Shown one piece after another: positions 24,399-39,141 of a stretch of DNA of 64,000 nucleotides. Numbering within the stretch: the first letter of the stretch is position 1; the number at the start of each line of letters is the position of its first letter. This DNA is from Gnetum montanum (Eukaryota > Plantae > Gnetophyta), in assembly GCA_015680685.1 (NCBI GenBank), contig MNCI01000577.1, positions 21,686-85,685 of the forward strand, in the 5' to 3' direction. The notes beneath the pieces are model-generated. The model was not told the origin of the DNA. It did not search any database and saw only the letters and a program-made list of their open reading frames with translations. The position numbers and the translations under genes were made by a program.

Positions 24399-25310
24399 CT
24401 ATGAGTCTCTGCCGGTATCTTTATCCCCTTTCCCACTAGGTCCTACATCCTCATTTGGGTCCTACATAAAGCAAGAATAAAATAATGAGTCAAATTATAA
24501 TCACATATCACAAAATAAATTACAATATAATAAATCTTGGCTAACTTGAGACGGGCCTGCATCCATCTCTGGAAGTATTTTGTCCATGCCAGCTACTAAG
24601 CATCGAAGTATTTCATCCTTGCTTAAGTTGGTCCAATCTTCTTCTTCTAGATCAATGCCTGATAAAATTTCCCCCCTCTCCATAGCTATCCATGTGGATG
24701 GTCCTAGAGAGAATGTGGTAGTAGTGATCTTCCTGGAAGGCAAGGTCATCTCTCTCTCAAGAGATTCACTTACTACCACATGTTTCATAAATTTTTCGTA
24801 GGCCTTGGTAGCACCAATTACATCAAGAAATAGCTCATGAGTATGCAATTCAATAGAAGCATCCTGATATTTCTAATGGTAGGCATCACATTCCACCTTG
24901 TACATGTGTTTATGATTTTTCTATGCCTACCCCCTTTCATACACCTTGGTATTGTAATCTTTCTAGTCCTAGTTTTTTTAGGCCAGTAGATCCATCTGCA
25001 AGCGTTATTTGTTCACTTCCTAGGTAGCCTCATTATTACCTCATATGACCAACCAATATCTTGCATAATTAATTATGTCCATATGCCAATTTCCATCTAA
25101 ACTATCGCGAGCCATTAAGAACTCATTCCTAGAGCGTAGATCTTCCAGTTCAATGGACTTGCACTCCCATAAGGATTGTGCTTAGTATAGTGCACATTTA
25201 CTTACCTCCTCGTATATATCACGAGGCACCTTGGTTACCTGTGGAGGAAGCTCAAGCATAGCATCAACTTCAACTATCTATTGTGGGTCCCATTTGAGTT
25301 GAGAGGTTGG
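24399..25310 (-). pseudogene. Remnant (last two exons) of the antisense accessory gene in A3
   Basis: ELFLDVIGATKAYEKF..LVAGMDKILP..GPSQ aligns with EVFVDTIGASEAFKKF..LWAGLDKLP..GSSQ; phase-0 GT-AG intron 24545-24462 at the same SQ| site. Confidence 0.85.
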
Positions 25311-25389
25311 TAATCATACATGAAGAAGTGTTAATCACTAGATGATAGCAAAAATACAATAACATAAAGAGCAAACACTATACTTCGGT

Positions 25390-28360
25390 TAAGAAAAATA
25401 TCTCTAAAGTCCTTAATGATAATGCCAAAGTGTTTGCATGGTCGTATAAAGATATGCTAGGCTTAGACCCACGCATCATACATCACAATATCACCCTAGA
25501 TTCATGTGTCAAGGTGGTCAAACAGAAAGCCTGCAAGATCAAACCAGAGATTACCTTAGTTGTACATGGCAAAATCACTAAACTTTATTATGTTGGTTTC
25601 ATCCAGGCTATTGATTATTCAGACTAGGTTTCAAACATTGTATTAATTTCCAAAAAAACTAGGGGTATATGAATCTATATAGACTTCTGAAATTTGAGTA
25701 AGGCAATGATTAAGGACAATTTCCCATTACCTAGCATCGACTAACTCATCGATACTACGGTAGGCCATGCCTTACTATCCTTCATGGATGGATTCTTAGG
25801 GTATGATCAAATCTACATAAATCCAAAACATCAAGTAGCCACTACCTTCATGACCCTTTGGGGAACCTTCTGCTACACGATGATGCCCTTCAGGCTAAAA
25901 AATGCTGGAGTAATGTATCAGTGGGTAATGACTTGCATCTTTAGTGACTATCTTTTGGAGAAGCTAAATGATTACATGGATGATGTAGCCATTAAATCTA
26001 AGAATGCTCCTAATCATGCAGATGACCTAAACTTTCACCTTCAACATTCTCGCAAGCATGACCTTTGCCTCAACCCTAGAAATGCATTTTTAGAGTTAAA
26101 ACCAAACGCATGTTAGGATTTGTAGTGTCAAAAGCAAGGATATGTGTAGACCCTGATAAAGTTAAAGCCATTGTCAACCTAGCACCACCTACAAACCTTA
26201 AGGAGTTGCATGGGCTATATGGGAGAGTCCAATTCATAAGAAGATTTATCGCAAGGTTAATGGATAAATTGCATCCAATCAAACACTTGCTTAAAAAGGG
26301 AACCAACTTTGAATGGACCAACTGATGATTGGAAGCTTTTGATAACTTAAAGAAAGAGCTTATTCATCTTTCCACCATTTACCCTCCATAGAGAGATAAG
26401 CCTTTCTACATTTATCTGGCCATTTTAGACACATCTATCATTGCATTACTATGCCAAAAGAGGAATGATAGTTCTGAAATCCCTGTCTACTACTTGAGTC
26501 ATGCGTTGGTAGCCTATGAAGTGAAATACAATGAAGTAGATAAAAATTATCTTGCTTTAGTGTTCACACTTAAAAAATGGAGGCATTATTTGTTTCGAAG
26601 GCAAGTAAACATTATTTACAAGAATAACATACTTCAGGCTATTACAACCAATATATAAAAAAGTAGCAAGATAGCCCGATGGAAAGCCATAACTACATAA
26701 TTTGATTTACACTATGTAGCACAATTATCTAGAAAGGGTCAATCAATAGTTACGCAAATTACAGCTTCACCTACCAATGACCAGGCAGTGATAGAACCTA
26801 AGTTTCTAGATGAGCACGTTAGTAGCATAAGCCCAGTACCCGTAGACTTCGAAGCCATCCTACATTTCGATGGTGCCTCAACTACACAAGGTGGTAGTGC
26901 CACCACTACTCTTTCATTTCCCTCTGGTGAGATCTGACCTTTGGCATATCACTTCACATTTCTTTGCACAAACAATGTAGTAGAACATGAGAGTCTCCTT
27001 AGGGGCATTCTAGTAACTTGAGAGTTAGGGATCCAAAGCTTAGTAATTCAAGGTGATTCACAACTAGTCATCAACCAAGTTATAGAGGTATACACTTGCA
27101 AAGCACAACATTTGCAGCCTTACTGTGATTTGGCCAAATACTTACTAAACCAATTTGCAATCCCAGACATCCAATATGTCCCCACAATGAAAACAGTATA
27201 GCAGATGCATTAGCCACATTCGCACTAAGTGTGCCATCACATATGTTTGCTACCTTACCTAGTTTGATAGTGAAATGTACCAATCCTATTTTTCACATAG
27301 CACACATCACATCTGTAAGTGTAGTGCATACTCAAGAGTGGTATGAAAACATTAAGACGTACCTCCAACATGGTGAACCCCCACACAACCTAACACCTAT
27401 CCAAAAGAATGCAGTATGAAAATCAGCACGGTAATATGTCCTTGTAGGAGACGATGCTTTATGAAAATTCTCTTATGATGGGATATTGATAGCTTATGTT
27501 AGTGAGGAGGAAGCACAAAAAATTATTGATGAAGTCCATGAGGGACTATGTGGAGGGCACATAGCTCCCAGGGCTATGGTAGCAAAGATTTGGTGTCTAG
27601 GCTAGTACTGGCCTCACATGGAATGCTATTTCATTACTAAAGTAAGGACATGTGATGTATGTCAACGTCATGGAAACCTCATACATGTGTTTCCTATCAA
27701 ATTGCATACCACACAAATCACATGGCCCTTCCAACATTGGGAACTAGATATCATAGGACCCATTACACCTAGGTCTTTTGCAAGGCATAGTTTCATTATT
27801 ACTACAACTGAGTACTTTACAAAATGGATAGAAGCTATTCCTCTCAGAAAGGCCATGTCCCAAAAAATTTGCAGGTTCATGCTGGACAATAGAGTTACAC
27901 AGTTTGGCCTTCCCATGACTATTGTTTTCGACAATGGGCCACAATTCAATAGCACAAAAACTAAAGCCTATTGCAAAAGTTTTGGTATTAAACATTCTTT
28001 CTCATCACCATATTACCCCTATGAAAATGGCCAAGCAGAGGCTACTAATAAAGTCATCATCAACCTTTTGAAAAGGATGCTTAGAAGTAGCAAGAGGTGA
28101 TGGCACAAGAAAATCCTCTACGTACTCTGGGCTTCTCGCATGACATGCAGAATAGCTATAGGTAAGACTCCATATAGTCTTGTATATGGATCTGAAGCAG
28201 TGTTACCTCTTGAACTGCAGGTCCCATCACTTCGAATGATCCTTTCAAATGTTATGAATGAGACACAAAACAACGAGTCAAGAATCATTGATCTTGACTC
28301 TATGGAGGAAGAGCACATCCAAATGCTTAACCACATTGAGTGGTACCAAGACAAGCTAGT
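25390..28360 (+). pseudogene. pol: A3 pol (RT-RH-aRH-INT), decayed, both ends deleted
   Basis: FAWSYKDM, DYMDDV, HFDGAS, WELDIIGPI, VFDNGPQF, NGQAEATNK. Confidence 0.92.
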
Positions 28361-28469
28361 TGACATAGATGGCAACGATTTTCCAAATCCTGTCAATCAT
28401 TTGTACCTAAAACCACACTATGCCTAACATGCAATGTTATGCCAAATATAAATCAAGGTAAGTAGATTG

Positions 28470-28760
28470 TTCACTACGATGTAAAACTGGCACAAAACAT
28501 CCACTATGACGTTAAACTGGCACATCATGTCTTTGGGCCATGACATAAAACTAGCATCCATAGATTGTCCTTGGGCCATGACGTAAAAATGGCATCCACA
28601 GCATGGTCTACTACAACCTTAAACTAGCCATCCTCCATCTACTACAACATTAAACTAGCACAATAGTCTGCTTGGTCTACTCAGACCTTAACCTAGGACC
28701 ATGATCTACTAGGACTTTAAACTAGCACACCAGATAGTCTACCAAGACCTAAAACTGGGT
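28470..28760. repeat. Array of ~9 degenerate (g)acgt(t/a)aaact(g/a)gca motifs downstream of A3 integrase
   Basis: Units at ~25-45 bp spacing, e.g. gacgttaaactggcac, gacataaaactagcat, accttaaactagcca. Confidence 0.75.
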
Positions 28761-30406
28761 TTGTAGTACAACACCTCCCAGCTCACACATCTGACCTGTG
28801 AACAAGAAAGCATGCATATCTTTGAGCTTCCTAAGAAATATGGGGGGGGGGGGGGAAGTTGCAGTTCCAGAATAAAGTTCACATTATCAAAAAAAACCCT
28901 CTGGGACACATGTAGCATTGCCATCCCTGGCATCTTGTTGATCTTTCAGAGATGCCATATGGCATCTTGCTAACCTTCTGGAGCTATTGCCATCATAACC
29001 AATTAGTTTGATCATAGCTTCCATCATCAACACTCCCTACTAGAGTCCCAAAATAACTATAGTGCAACCATAGTGCTGGCATCCTCTAGCCCTTGCCATC
29101 ATCAGAGTCTAAAAAGGTGTTCAACTGTTAAGCTTCTCACTTTGCAGTTGAATTTCATGACTCTTGCCTTTGGCGGGGATTCCTAAGCACCCACATTACC
29201 ATTTCTCCTAGCCTCTTCAATGCTCATTTCTAGCATGGTCATTGGAGTTTTTCAGCTTTCCACCCTCAAAGCTGGTACTGGCCTTCTTGCTTTGAACATT
29301 ACACACATCAGACATAGCACTTGCTGCGTTAACAATGTCCCGAGTAAACAAGAATTTTCCCTCACCTTACATGCTATATGTTTTTCTACTTTTCTCTCTG
29401 TTGTGTTTGCAAGATAAAAGCTAAGATGACATTGTTCAAGAATGCATTTCACCATTGGGACAAGGCACTACATCATTCCAAAGTACCCACTCTGATCGAC
29501 CTAGCAACTTGAGACTACATACCCTACTATCCCTTCAGTCAACCTAACCTCCCTTCCTTATACTTATAATTTTTGACATCTTCCTCCCAAAATTTTCCAA
29601 TGCACATGAAACCCTTTCTCGTGCTGAACTACCAAGCCCATTATGAATGTAATGTAGCTCATCCCATGGGAAGCCTTTTTAGACTAGTCAAAGCACCACA
29701 TGGATGTAATACAAACTCATCCTAGGGAGGAAACACCTATCCTACATTGATGACATAGTTTCCTTATAATGAACATGGGTGTGAGATTTCTCCACAAAAA
29801 AAATGGCAATATATCCAAGTACCCAAGACAAATGGCATAGTTGCATTGCAATCATCTCAGCTTTGCATCAACCACCTCTAAGAACTCAAATGAGAAGTTA
29901 AAATCCAAAGGGAGAAGCCACTCATGTATGTCAAATCCCTCATAAGCATTTCAACAAGGGATCACACTATGGAAACAACTCTCATGATAACGCATCCTGC
30001 ACCTTTCCTTTTCCCTAGCCTAATTTCCTCAAACACGTTCCATTTCTCTATCATACTTAGCTTTCCTAGCACTCCCAAGCATATCAAAGAATTATGTAAG
30101 AGGGCATTGATGAATGGTGTGGGTGTCACGTTCAGCATGGTGTTTCATTTTCTTTGTCAATGTCTCTTGGGAAGATCCTCCAGACGTCAACAAAGAGGGG
30201 CCACGTACCAAAAACAACTTCATCTCCTTACTTATACTAGGAAATTAAAATTGTGAAATCACCTAATCAAAGTGGACCAAATATTAAAACCTTTTAGGAA
30301 TACTTTCAAAAACATTTCTAACTTTAAATCACATGAAATAAGAGACAAATTTATTAAGGTAAGAAGTAAGGTATAACTTAACTCTGGTAAGCAACCTTAC
30401 TAATGA

Positions 30407-32250
30407 ATGGCCCCGTGTGATTGCAGAGCACAAACAACAAGAAGCACCCTCTGAAGATGTGTCCAAGTGACCCAAGAGAGGCAAAGGATAAGCATATTTC
30501 AAACAACATGTAGATAAGGAGGCACAATAATTTAGCATCCATCAAGAGACTCTTTGCTACTATACAATCGAGATAGCAAAAGGAGGAGTTGCTGCAACGC
30601 TTGAACATGAACAACAACTCACATTGTCCCTAGAGTGTGTTCAGGCCATCCATGAAAATTCCACTTTGGCTATAGTTATCATGGAATTAAACTTCAAAAC
30701 TTTCATGGAATTCACTCCTGAGGTTGTTAGGGACCAACTCAAAATGTCTCCATTATGGCCTATCCTCTTTGAAATGCTGCTTGGTACTTAGGAGAAACGT
30801 ACCAATTTTGGCACAATAAGGAAGAAGGCACCATAGTCAACATTTGTGGTGTGTTTGTAGATTTTTCCACCAAGGCCATCTCAAAAGTGTTAAACCTTCC
30901 AAATACAGGGCCAAAAATTGCTCACTTGTCCACTCGTTCCAATGCTGATGCACAAAGAGTTTGATTGGATAGGACATACAGTAAAGAAGAAAAGACATAT
31001 GAGGAGTTGATGCTAGAAGAAAGGATATACTTCAAGATTGGAACTTATCACATCCTCCCCATGAGATGATTAAAAATAATCTCAACATATGTGTTAAGAT
31101 GAAGTATGATATTGATGGGAAATGCTAATGCTAACCTTCCTCATCTATATCTCATGGAGATCTTCAGGCAGTTTGAAGGATGCAAGATAGGGAAGTTTTC
31201 GTTGCCCTTCATTTGTCTCATCAAGAAGCTGTGCAAACATGTTCGTATTATGGGGTACACCAATGATGTCCTTAGAAGAGACCATAATGCTTAATTTGTT
31301 GAACTATTGAAACCACTAGCTCCAAGGGAAAGTGTTGGTGAGACACTAGAGCTAGAGAAAGAGTAAGAACAAATGGTGGGGCACACTACAACTCAAATTG
31401 CAAGGCCTAGCCAAGTTCCAAGCATGGGGCCTAGTCAACAACAAGAAGCAAGGCCCAACACAAGCTAGCGAGATCAACTACCATCACCACCACAAGATTA
31501 CCAAACATCGATGAGCCACCTCAGGGCCATCACTGAGATGATTAGTTGGGAAAGTCATGATGATGGTAATATTTTCCATGTCATCGATGACATCATATAG
31601 CCCATAGTCTCTATTGATCATGCACAAGGGGAGGTGTCCATCCAAATAGGAGGAGGGAAGACTCATTGGTCATAAAAAATTTTAGGGAACATTGTGTTTT
31701 TCTATGTGCAATTGTAAATAGGTGAAGGGGCCAAAATGGTGTCCATGCAACACTAGGATGTAGCAGGAGCCACAGAAGTGGTTACAGACCACATCAAAGA
31801 ATCTCTCAATATCCTTGTTGTGCCACCAGTAGATTTCATAGGAGCACAAGATGCTCAAACTCTGGTCAATCCCTTAATGACTCCTACGGAGCATGAGGAT
31901 GTCCTTGATCAATTGCTACAAATAGGACAAGTAATGACATCCTTTTCTGATATTCCACAAGATGTCATGGTAGCACAATCATACCTCATCTCCACCAAAG
32001 CAAAGCTAGTCATGGTAGAGATCAGGGTCAAGCATGTGGAAGCAAAGTTAACAAGACTCCAATAGAAGCTCATCACCTTGCAAGCTACACAGTGAGATCC
32101 ATCTTAGTTTGTTCTCGTAGACTAGTTGGACACTATCAAGTTAGAGTAGCTTAATAAACTATTGGCAGATAATACTGGGATGCCTCCAAGGCACAAGCAC
32201 AAACCTACACGCATGTCAAGGCACTCAAAGCCTTATAGGAGGAAAATAAA
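30407..32250 (+). pseudogene. Decayed 3' accessory ORF of an Athila-like element (B0)
   Basis: ELNFKTFMEF..QLKMSPLWP..SLPFICLIKKLC homologous to 39142-42002 and 58297-61121. Confidence 0.65.
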
Positions 32251-32289
32251 CAACTTTCTACTAAAAATCTTCTATTGATAGGCTTCATA

Positions 32290-35200
32290 AATTCAAGCGA
32301 TTGAATATGAAAAAGGCACATAAAAGATAGTAGGATGAAGCGATTGAATATGAACAACATCCCTAAGCTTGAGGGGGAATATAAATTCAATCCAAAAAAT
32401 CATATTCATACTTTTGACTATGCTTGTGCCTTACAAAACATAAAAAAAAAACTAGCAAAAGCTTAAGTCATTTCCTAGGACACTCATCAAAGAAGCATAA
32501 ATCTAAAATTGGTCCTTGGAGTTGAAATCAATCCGTAGATGGAGTATGATGCTTGAGATATTCAACAACAAATATCAAACATTCTCCCAAGTGTCTAGTC
32601 TAAGAAGGAAAATCAATAGTTGGAAGCAAGGAACACATGAGTCCTTGGATGTTGCCATGGGTAGATATTATTCCTTGTTACACTAATGCCTTGGCCATGG
32701 CTACTCTTAGCAGGAACAACTTAACAACATCGTAGATGGGCTTTTCTCTAAAATAAGGAGAACTCTTGGGATCTACACCCAAGGAAGACTATTAGAATTA
32801 AGAGTCCATCAAATCCAAAGGTTGATTAAGCAAGCACCAAAATAAGAAGGAGGGTTGAGAAAACATAAAAGAGTAGAATAATACAACTGAGGTCCTTCCA
32901 TTTACAAGAGGAAGGTCCAATTTTATGGTAGTGAGGAGGAATCATCACTTGATGAGATGGTGAGTAGAAAATCCTTTTTGATTCAAAAATTTTCCTCTAT
33001 AATTTTGGCTAAGGTAGATCAATTATGGGACTCTATGAATAGTATATTTCAAGCTATCCCAAACATTGGTAAAGACTCCAAAGAACAAAGTAGTGATTAT
33101 GATCATAGGAGGCAAAAGGAAGTTGAATGTGCCAACCAAGCGGTAAGGGAAAGATTACTATAGTAGAGGAAGTTGTAAAAACTAAATTAGATGATGATGG
33201 TCAATGTGACATCTATCAATATGAGCATCCTAAGAAATTTTGTCCCATCATGTCACACATACAAGAGTCAAGGATGTATGCTTTGAATCCATGACTAGCA
33301 AAATGAGAAACACTCAAAAGATTGCCTTATCCTCAAGGAAATACTAGGAAATTCCATTAGCAATAATAATATTATCAAAGTGGAACTCCACCACAACTGT
33401 ATAAGAAATATTAATAGTGTTAACAACCACAGCGATGGGGGATGCCACCACCAAGGTAATAGTACCCATATAGGTAACTAGATCCATATCGATATTACAA
33501 TCAGCAACCCCTATCTCCATGTGACTCTTCTAATCACATTTCTCCTTTCCAACATCACTACTATCCTTATGAATACTATAGAACTCATTCTCCACATTCT
33601 AAGAGGGATACCACATTTCATCCTTATCCTCTTCCTATTCCTACACCTATTCCTCCATCCTCAATGTAGCTACTACATAGTCCATTAGTGTAGGGTGAAC
33701 TTCTAGCCAAACCATAGCAACGCAGTACTACTAGGGTTGTCAATCTATAACTAGTTCATCAACTGAATGGTTTAGAACCTCATGCTCATAAGACACTATT
33801 TTTCTGATCTAATAGCTCTACTAAGCCCTAATAGAATTAGTCATTTGGTCACCCTACTCCTACCACATCCTCTAGAAACCATTCCATTAAGAACCCTTCA
33901 AATAAAATGCTATCCAAAATCTATACTATTATGTTCACTCACATTGTATCTAATTATGTTTTAGGTTGGTAAGCTTTCTAAGAAATTAGTTGATTCTAGG
34001 AGACCTCTAATCTATTTATAGATAGTTGGGAATGAACCATTTAAAGCTCTTCTTGATTCAATTTCTATTGTTAACTTGATTTCTCATGAGATGTATACTA
34101 CCTGGAACCTACCACCTCTCAAGAAGAGTAATATCCAATTATAATTGGTAGATTAGTACATTACTATTTCATTGGAACTAGTAGAAGACATTATGACCAC
34201 TATCTATGGGTGGTCTTATCCTACTGATTTCCTAGTAATCAAGGTTGAGAACTATAACAAGGGACTTTCCAATCATTTTGGGAATGGAATGGCTAAGCAC
34301 TGTTGATGTGAGAATGGTTATTAAAGATATTTCCTTGGAAATATCTAAAGAAAATGCATTCATAAAAATCAAGAAGAAGCGAGTTCCATGCATCATGTAC
34401 AGTGATATTGGATGCAATTTTGTGCGGAAACTATGATCAGTGAAATAAGGATCCATTTTTCCATGTAGGTAGTATGCACATGAAGTAGATATTCAAAGGT
34501 ATTTGTATGTAGTAGCCACAAAACAAGAGGGTACCTATTGGTTAACTACTGATTCTAAAAGTAGCACAATATGCATGGAACCTACTAAGAGCCTGAAATG
34601 TGCTTATATCATAGGCATGAATGAGCTAGAGCAAGTTTATTACCAACTCTCTGATAATGAAAATGATTATACCAATTCAGGATAGTTGAAGATTCCTAAG
34701 AATTTCAAATAAGTGCCGCTAGAGTTTAAAGCTCTATTTCTTGGCTTTGAATATACATTTTTGAAAAATGGCAAGTAAATAATACTTAATGCCAAACTTT
34801 ATCTCAAGAAAATAGTAAAAATGTTGAAAGTGGTCAATCGACGTCCATCAGCCTTTACCTGGTCATATCCTAAACTCACTAAAATTGATCCATGAATATG
34901 CCAGCATCACATTTATACTAATCTATCCATGAAACCAAGGAGGAAACCACAATAGTGGTTGAACCTAAAATTGAAGCAAATCATCAAAGATGAGATTGAG
35001 TAACTCCTTAAGGTAGGGTTCATCCATCCCATTATGGATAGCGAGTGGGTAAACCCACTCATGATAGTGCTAAAGAAAGGTGGAAAATGATAGGTTGTTA
35101 TTGAATTCAGGCTATTAAACATGGCAACATTCAAGATTATTTTCCATTAACACTTGTTAATCAAGTGTTGCTAATCATATTTTGGCATTGCTATTATAGT

Positions 35201-37455
35201 TTTCTAGATGGTTATAATGGCTATAACCAAATCTAGATTCCACAAGAAGACCTAGCCAAAACAACATTCACAAATCCTTAGGGAACCTTTACATATCATA
35301 AGATGTCTTTTGGTGTACCCAATTCTCCTACCACTTTTCAACAACTAGTCTTAAGAATATTTTAGTAATAGATTAGTAGTAGAGTGGAATTCTTTATGGA
35401 TGACTTCTTCACTTATGGTGCTACATTTGAATAAGCCTTAGACCACCTTGAGCAAGTACTCAAAAGATGTGTGAAAACAAACCTGTGGCTCAATTGGCAA
35501 AAGAGCAATCTCATGGTTTAAGAAAACATTATATTGGTGCATATAATTTCATAGGAAGGGATTTAGGTAGACACTAAAAAGATAAGGATCATCTACGGAG
35601 TAACTTGCCAATTGGAAACTATTAAATATGTTTAGTCATTCCTTGGAAACACTAGATGCTACCAACGATTCATAGAGAATTACTCTAACATTGAAAAACC
35701 ATTGTTCAAGCTAACAAATAAAGATGTTTCATTCATCTATACCAAAGAATGCAAAAATATATTGTAGAACATCAAGTAGAAGCTCATACAGACTCTAATT
35801 CTAAAAAGCTCCTGACTAGTCCAAACCATTTCATATAATGACGAATGCATCAAATTATGCCTTGTAAGCTATGCTTACATAGTTGGACAATAAGAAATGT
35901 AGATATTACATCCACTGTGCAAGTCAAAGAATTGTGGGTGCACAACTAAATTATACCACAATGGAAAAAGAACTAATGATGATAGTATACGCTCTAGAGA
36001 AGTTCAGGCATTATGTGCTTGGACCTAAAGTGTTTGTGCACACTGACCATAATTCCATCCACTTTCTAATGTACAAGCCAATTGTAAGCCCTCATGTCAT
36101 ATGATGTCTTGTGATCTAGCAAGAACTTTATCTCATAATGGTAGATTGAAAGGGGATTGAGACTATGGTCACTAACCATCCCTCTCGATAATGATGGAAT
36201 GAGAAAGAAAAAGAGAGCCCACTCTTTGACCAATTTCTAGATGAACTCCTCTTTATTGGTGAAATTAATGAAAAAATGTCCATAGAATCCAAATGGTATG
36301 ATGGCATCCTCACTTACCTTCTCATACAGGAGATACCACAACATTTAGACTATAGGAAGGAACAACACTTCCTTCATTAGGCCAAATCCTTCATGGAAAT
36401 CAATGGAGACCTTTACAAGGTGTGCACCAATGGCCTGATTCATTGGTGTGTACCTGATGCTGATCAACTACACATTCTCTAGGATGTTCATGAAGGTTCT
36501 TATGGAGGCCACTATTTAGGAAGATTCATGGCCATAAAAATCCTAATGGTAGGATAATATTGGTCCACAATCTTTAGGGATTCTCAGTAGTTTGTTGAAT
36601 CGTGTAAATGCTACCAATGAGATGGTAGGGTGACCGCACGAATGGAGGGTTCTCGATACTTGATTTAACCATTCAAACCCTTTAACATATGGGGAATCAA
36701 ATTTAAGGGTTGCATCACATCCATGTCAAATGGAAAGTTATATATAATCATCATCATTGATTACTACACAAAATGGGTGGAAGCAGTAGTTTTCATCGAA
36801 TGCATATCATCCACTATTATATGGTTTGTACAACAAAATGTTGTAAATAGGTTTGGGGTGCCATGTGCATTGATTTCTAATAATAGAACCCATTTTATAG
36901 GTGCTAATTTTCACAAGCTTATGAAATAGTTGGGGGTTAAACAAAAATTAACAACACATTACCACCCCCAAGGTAACAGTCAAGCAAAAGTTACCAATAG
37001 GGAGATCACATGAAAACTTCCTATAGGCTACTCTCCCTATGAGTTGATGTATAGAAAATTCCCAATGCTTCTAATTCAATCTGAGCTTTGTACACTCTCA
37101 ATAGCCTATGACATGAACCTTGACTTAGCGTAGCATAGAAAAAAAGACTGATCAATCTAAATGTACTAGAAATTGGTAGCCTTATCCTTGAATGAAGTTC
37201 ACAAGGAATTTAACAAAAAGCATCATAATCTTAGAATATGAAAAGAGAAATTTCAATTGGAAGTTAAGGTTCTCTACCAAAACCCCACACACGTACCTCA
37301 ACAAACTAAGTTCCAAACATTGTAGGAAGGACCTTACATCATTTATGAAATCTTTTCTTCTAGGGCCATGTTTATCCACAAACTTGAGATCTAGAAAAAA
37401 AGCAGTTGATCAATATCCAATAGGTAAAACCTTTCCACAAGCCCAAGAAAGCTAA
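32290..37455 (+). pseudogene. B1 gag-pol, decayed
   Basis: Protease ALLDS (~34050) and FPIILGMEWL; RT YSFLDGYNGYNQI; INT IDYYTKWVEA..FGVPCALISNNRTHF. Confidence 0.88.
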
Positions 37456-37649
37456 TGCAAAAAATACCTGAATGAATGAACAACCATGCTCAATTTTTCA
37501 GATCTACTCTTTTCAACTCAATCATGGGGGAGATGGTCATTCATACTAATCGTACATGTGGCTCCTCAGTTTTTTCTATTTTTGATTTTACACCTTTTTG
37601 ATTTTAGAATGTTTTCCTATTTTACTCCATCATTAGTACATTTAAAATT

Positions 37650-38300
37650 NNNNNNNNNNNNNNNNNNNNNNNNNNNNNNNNNNNNNNNNNNNNNNNNNNN
37701 NNNNNNNNNNNNNNNNNNNNNNNNNNNNNNNNNNNNNNNNNNNNNNNNNNNNNNNNNNNNNNNNNNNNNNNNNNNNNNNNNNNNNNNNNNNNNNNNNNNN
37801 NNNNNNNNNNNNNNNNNNNNNNNNNNNNNNNNNNNNNNNNNNNNNNNNNNNNNNNNNNNNNNNNNNNNNNNNNNNNNNNNNNNNNNNNNNNNNNNNNNNN
37901 NNNNNNNNNNNNNNNNNNNNNNNNNNNNNNNNNNNNNNNNNNNNNNNNNNNNNNNNNNNNNNNNNNNNNNNNNNNNNNNNNNNNNNNNNNNNNNNNNNNN
38001 NNNNNNNNNNNNNNNNNNNNNNNNNNNNNNNNNNNNNNNNNNNNNNNNNNNNNNNNNNNNNNNNNNNNNNNNNNNNNNNNNNNNNNNNNNNNNNNNNNNN
38101 NNNNNNNNNNNNNNNNNNNNNNNNNNNNNNNNNNNNNNNNNNNNNNNNNNNNNNNNNNNNNNNNNNNNNNNNNNNNNNNNNNNNNNNNNNNNNNNNNNNN
38201 NNNNNNNNNNNNNNNNNNNNNNNNNNNNNNNNNNNNNNNNNNNNNNNNNNNNNNNNNNNNNNNNNNNNNNNNNNNNNNNNNNNNNNNNNNNNNNNNNNNC
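37650..38300. other. Assembly gap (N run)
   Basis: Run of n. Confidence 0.99.
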
Positions 38301-39141
38301 ATGTGCCTACTATGGTAAGGACCCACTTACATATCTCCTGGTTAGGATCACTAAGCACATTATCCTTAGGCATTTTTGCAATTACTATCTTTTGTGTAGC
38401 CATCTTCTACAACCAACTGTGTTCTCCTTTAAGTATTTTCTTGATTTCACATATTCTCCATCAAATTTTTGAATTTTTGATATTTTTAAGATCCTCTTCA
38501 ATGATTTCATCATATTGTCAGATTTTTTGGAACTCCATAAACTTCAAATTCATTCAATAATTCTTTGTATTTTTTGAAATATTCAACTTTCAAAATTTTG
38601 TTTATGGACCCCATAAACGGGGTACTGTTGATGGAGCCCATGTGTATATGAGGCCTCATATATGTGGCCTTGTTGATGCAACATAAAAATACTATATATA
38701 TGTGTGACCCCCTTTTGAAATTTTCACCTTTGCTTTCCAACATCTAAGGAGCTTTTGTAGTTCTCAAAGCCTAGAATCTTCTAGAGCGCATACCTTTCTA
38801 ACTGTTTGTCTGAATCACTTTGTTTTTCAACCTTGTAGCTCTCGAAGGTAAGCTCTTAGTTGTGGGGCCACAAATGTGTCATTTTTTTCACAAGAAATTT
38901 TTTGACGTTTTTTCTAACTCCCACAAAGTTTTAACTAAGAAATCAACATTAAAACACCAAATTACAGAAGTTAAACCTTTCTAAAGAGATCTGATGACAC
39001 TTATAATAAAAACTAATTAATAAAAAAGTAATTTTCTATGATCCAACCATAGCCAAGTGTAACTAATTAATGAGATCATGTATTCAATTATTCTAAGTTA
39101 CACATTACATCTACTAATCCATGGATGTGTTGTGACCATAG

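Larger units (their letters stand above)
19847..28860 (+). mobile_element. Tat-clade element A3 (oldest copy), interrupted in its 5' UTR by A2; internal deletions
   Basis: Plus-strand gag, protease, motif array, antisense-gene remnant, RT, RH, aRH and INT homologous to A1. Confidence 0.88.

Noticed and set aside
28842-28856. Poly-G as the A3 polypurine tract with a 3' LTR
   Set aside because: Not followed by the family LTR start TGAAACACC, and no LTR homology is seen downstream
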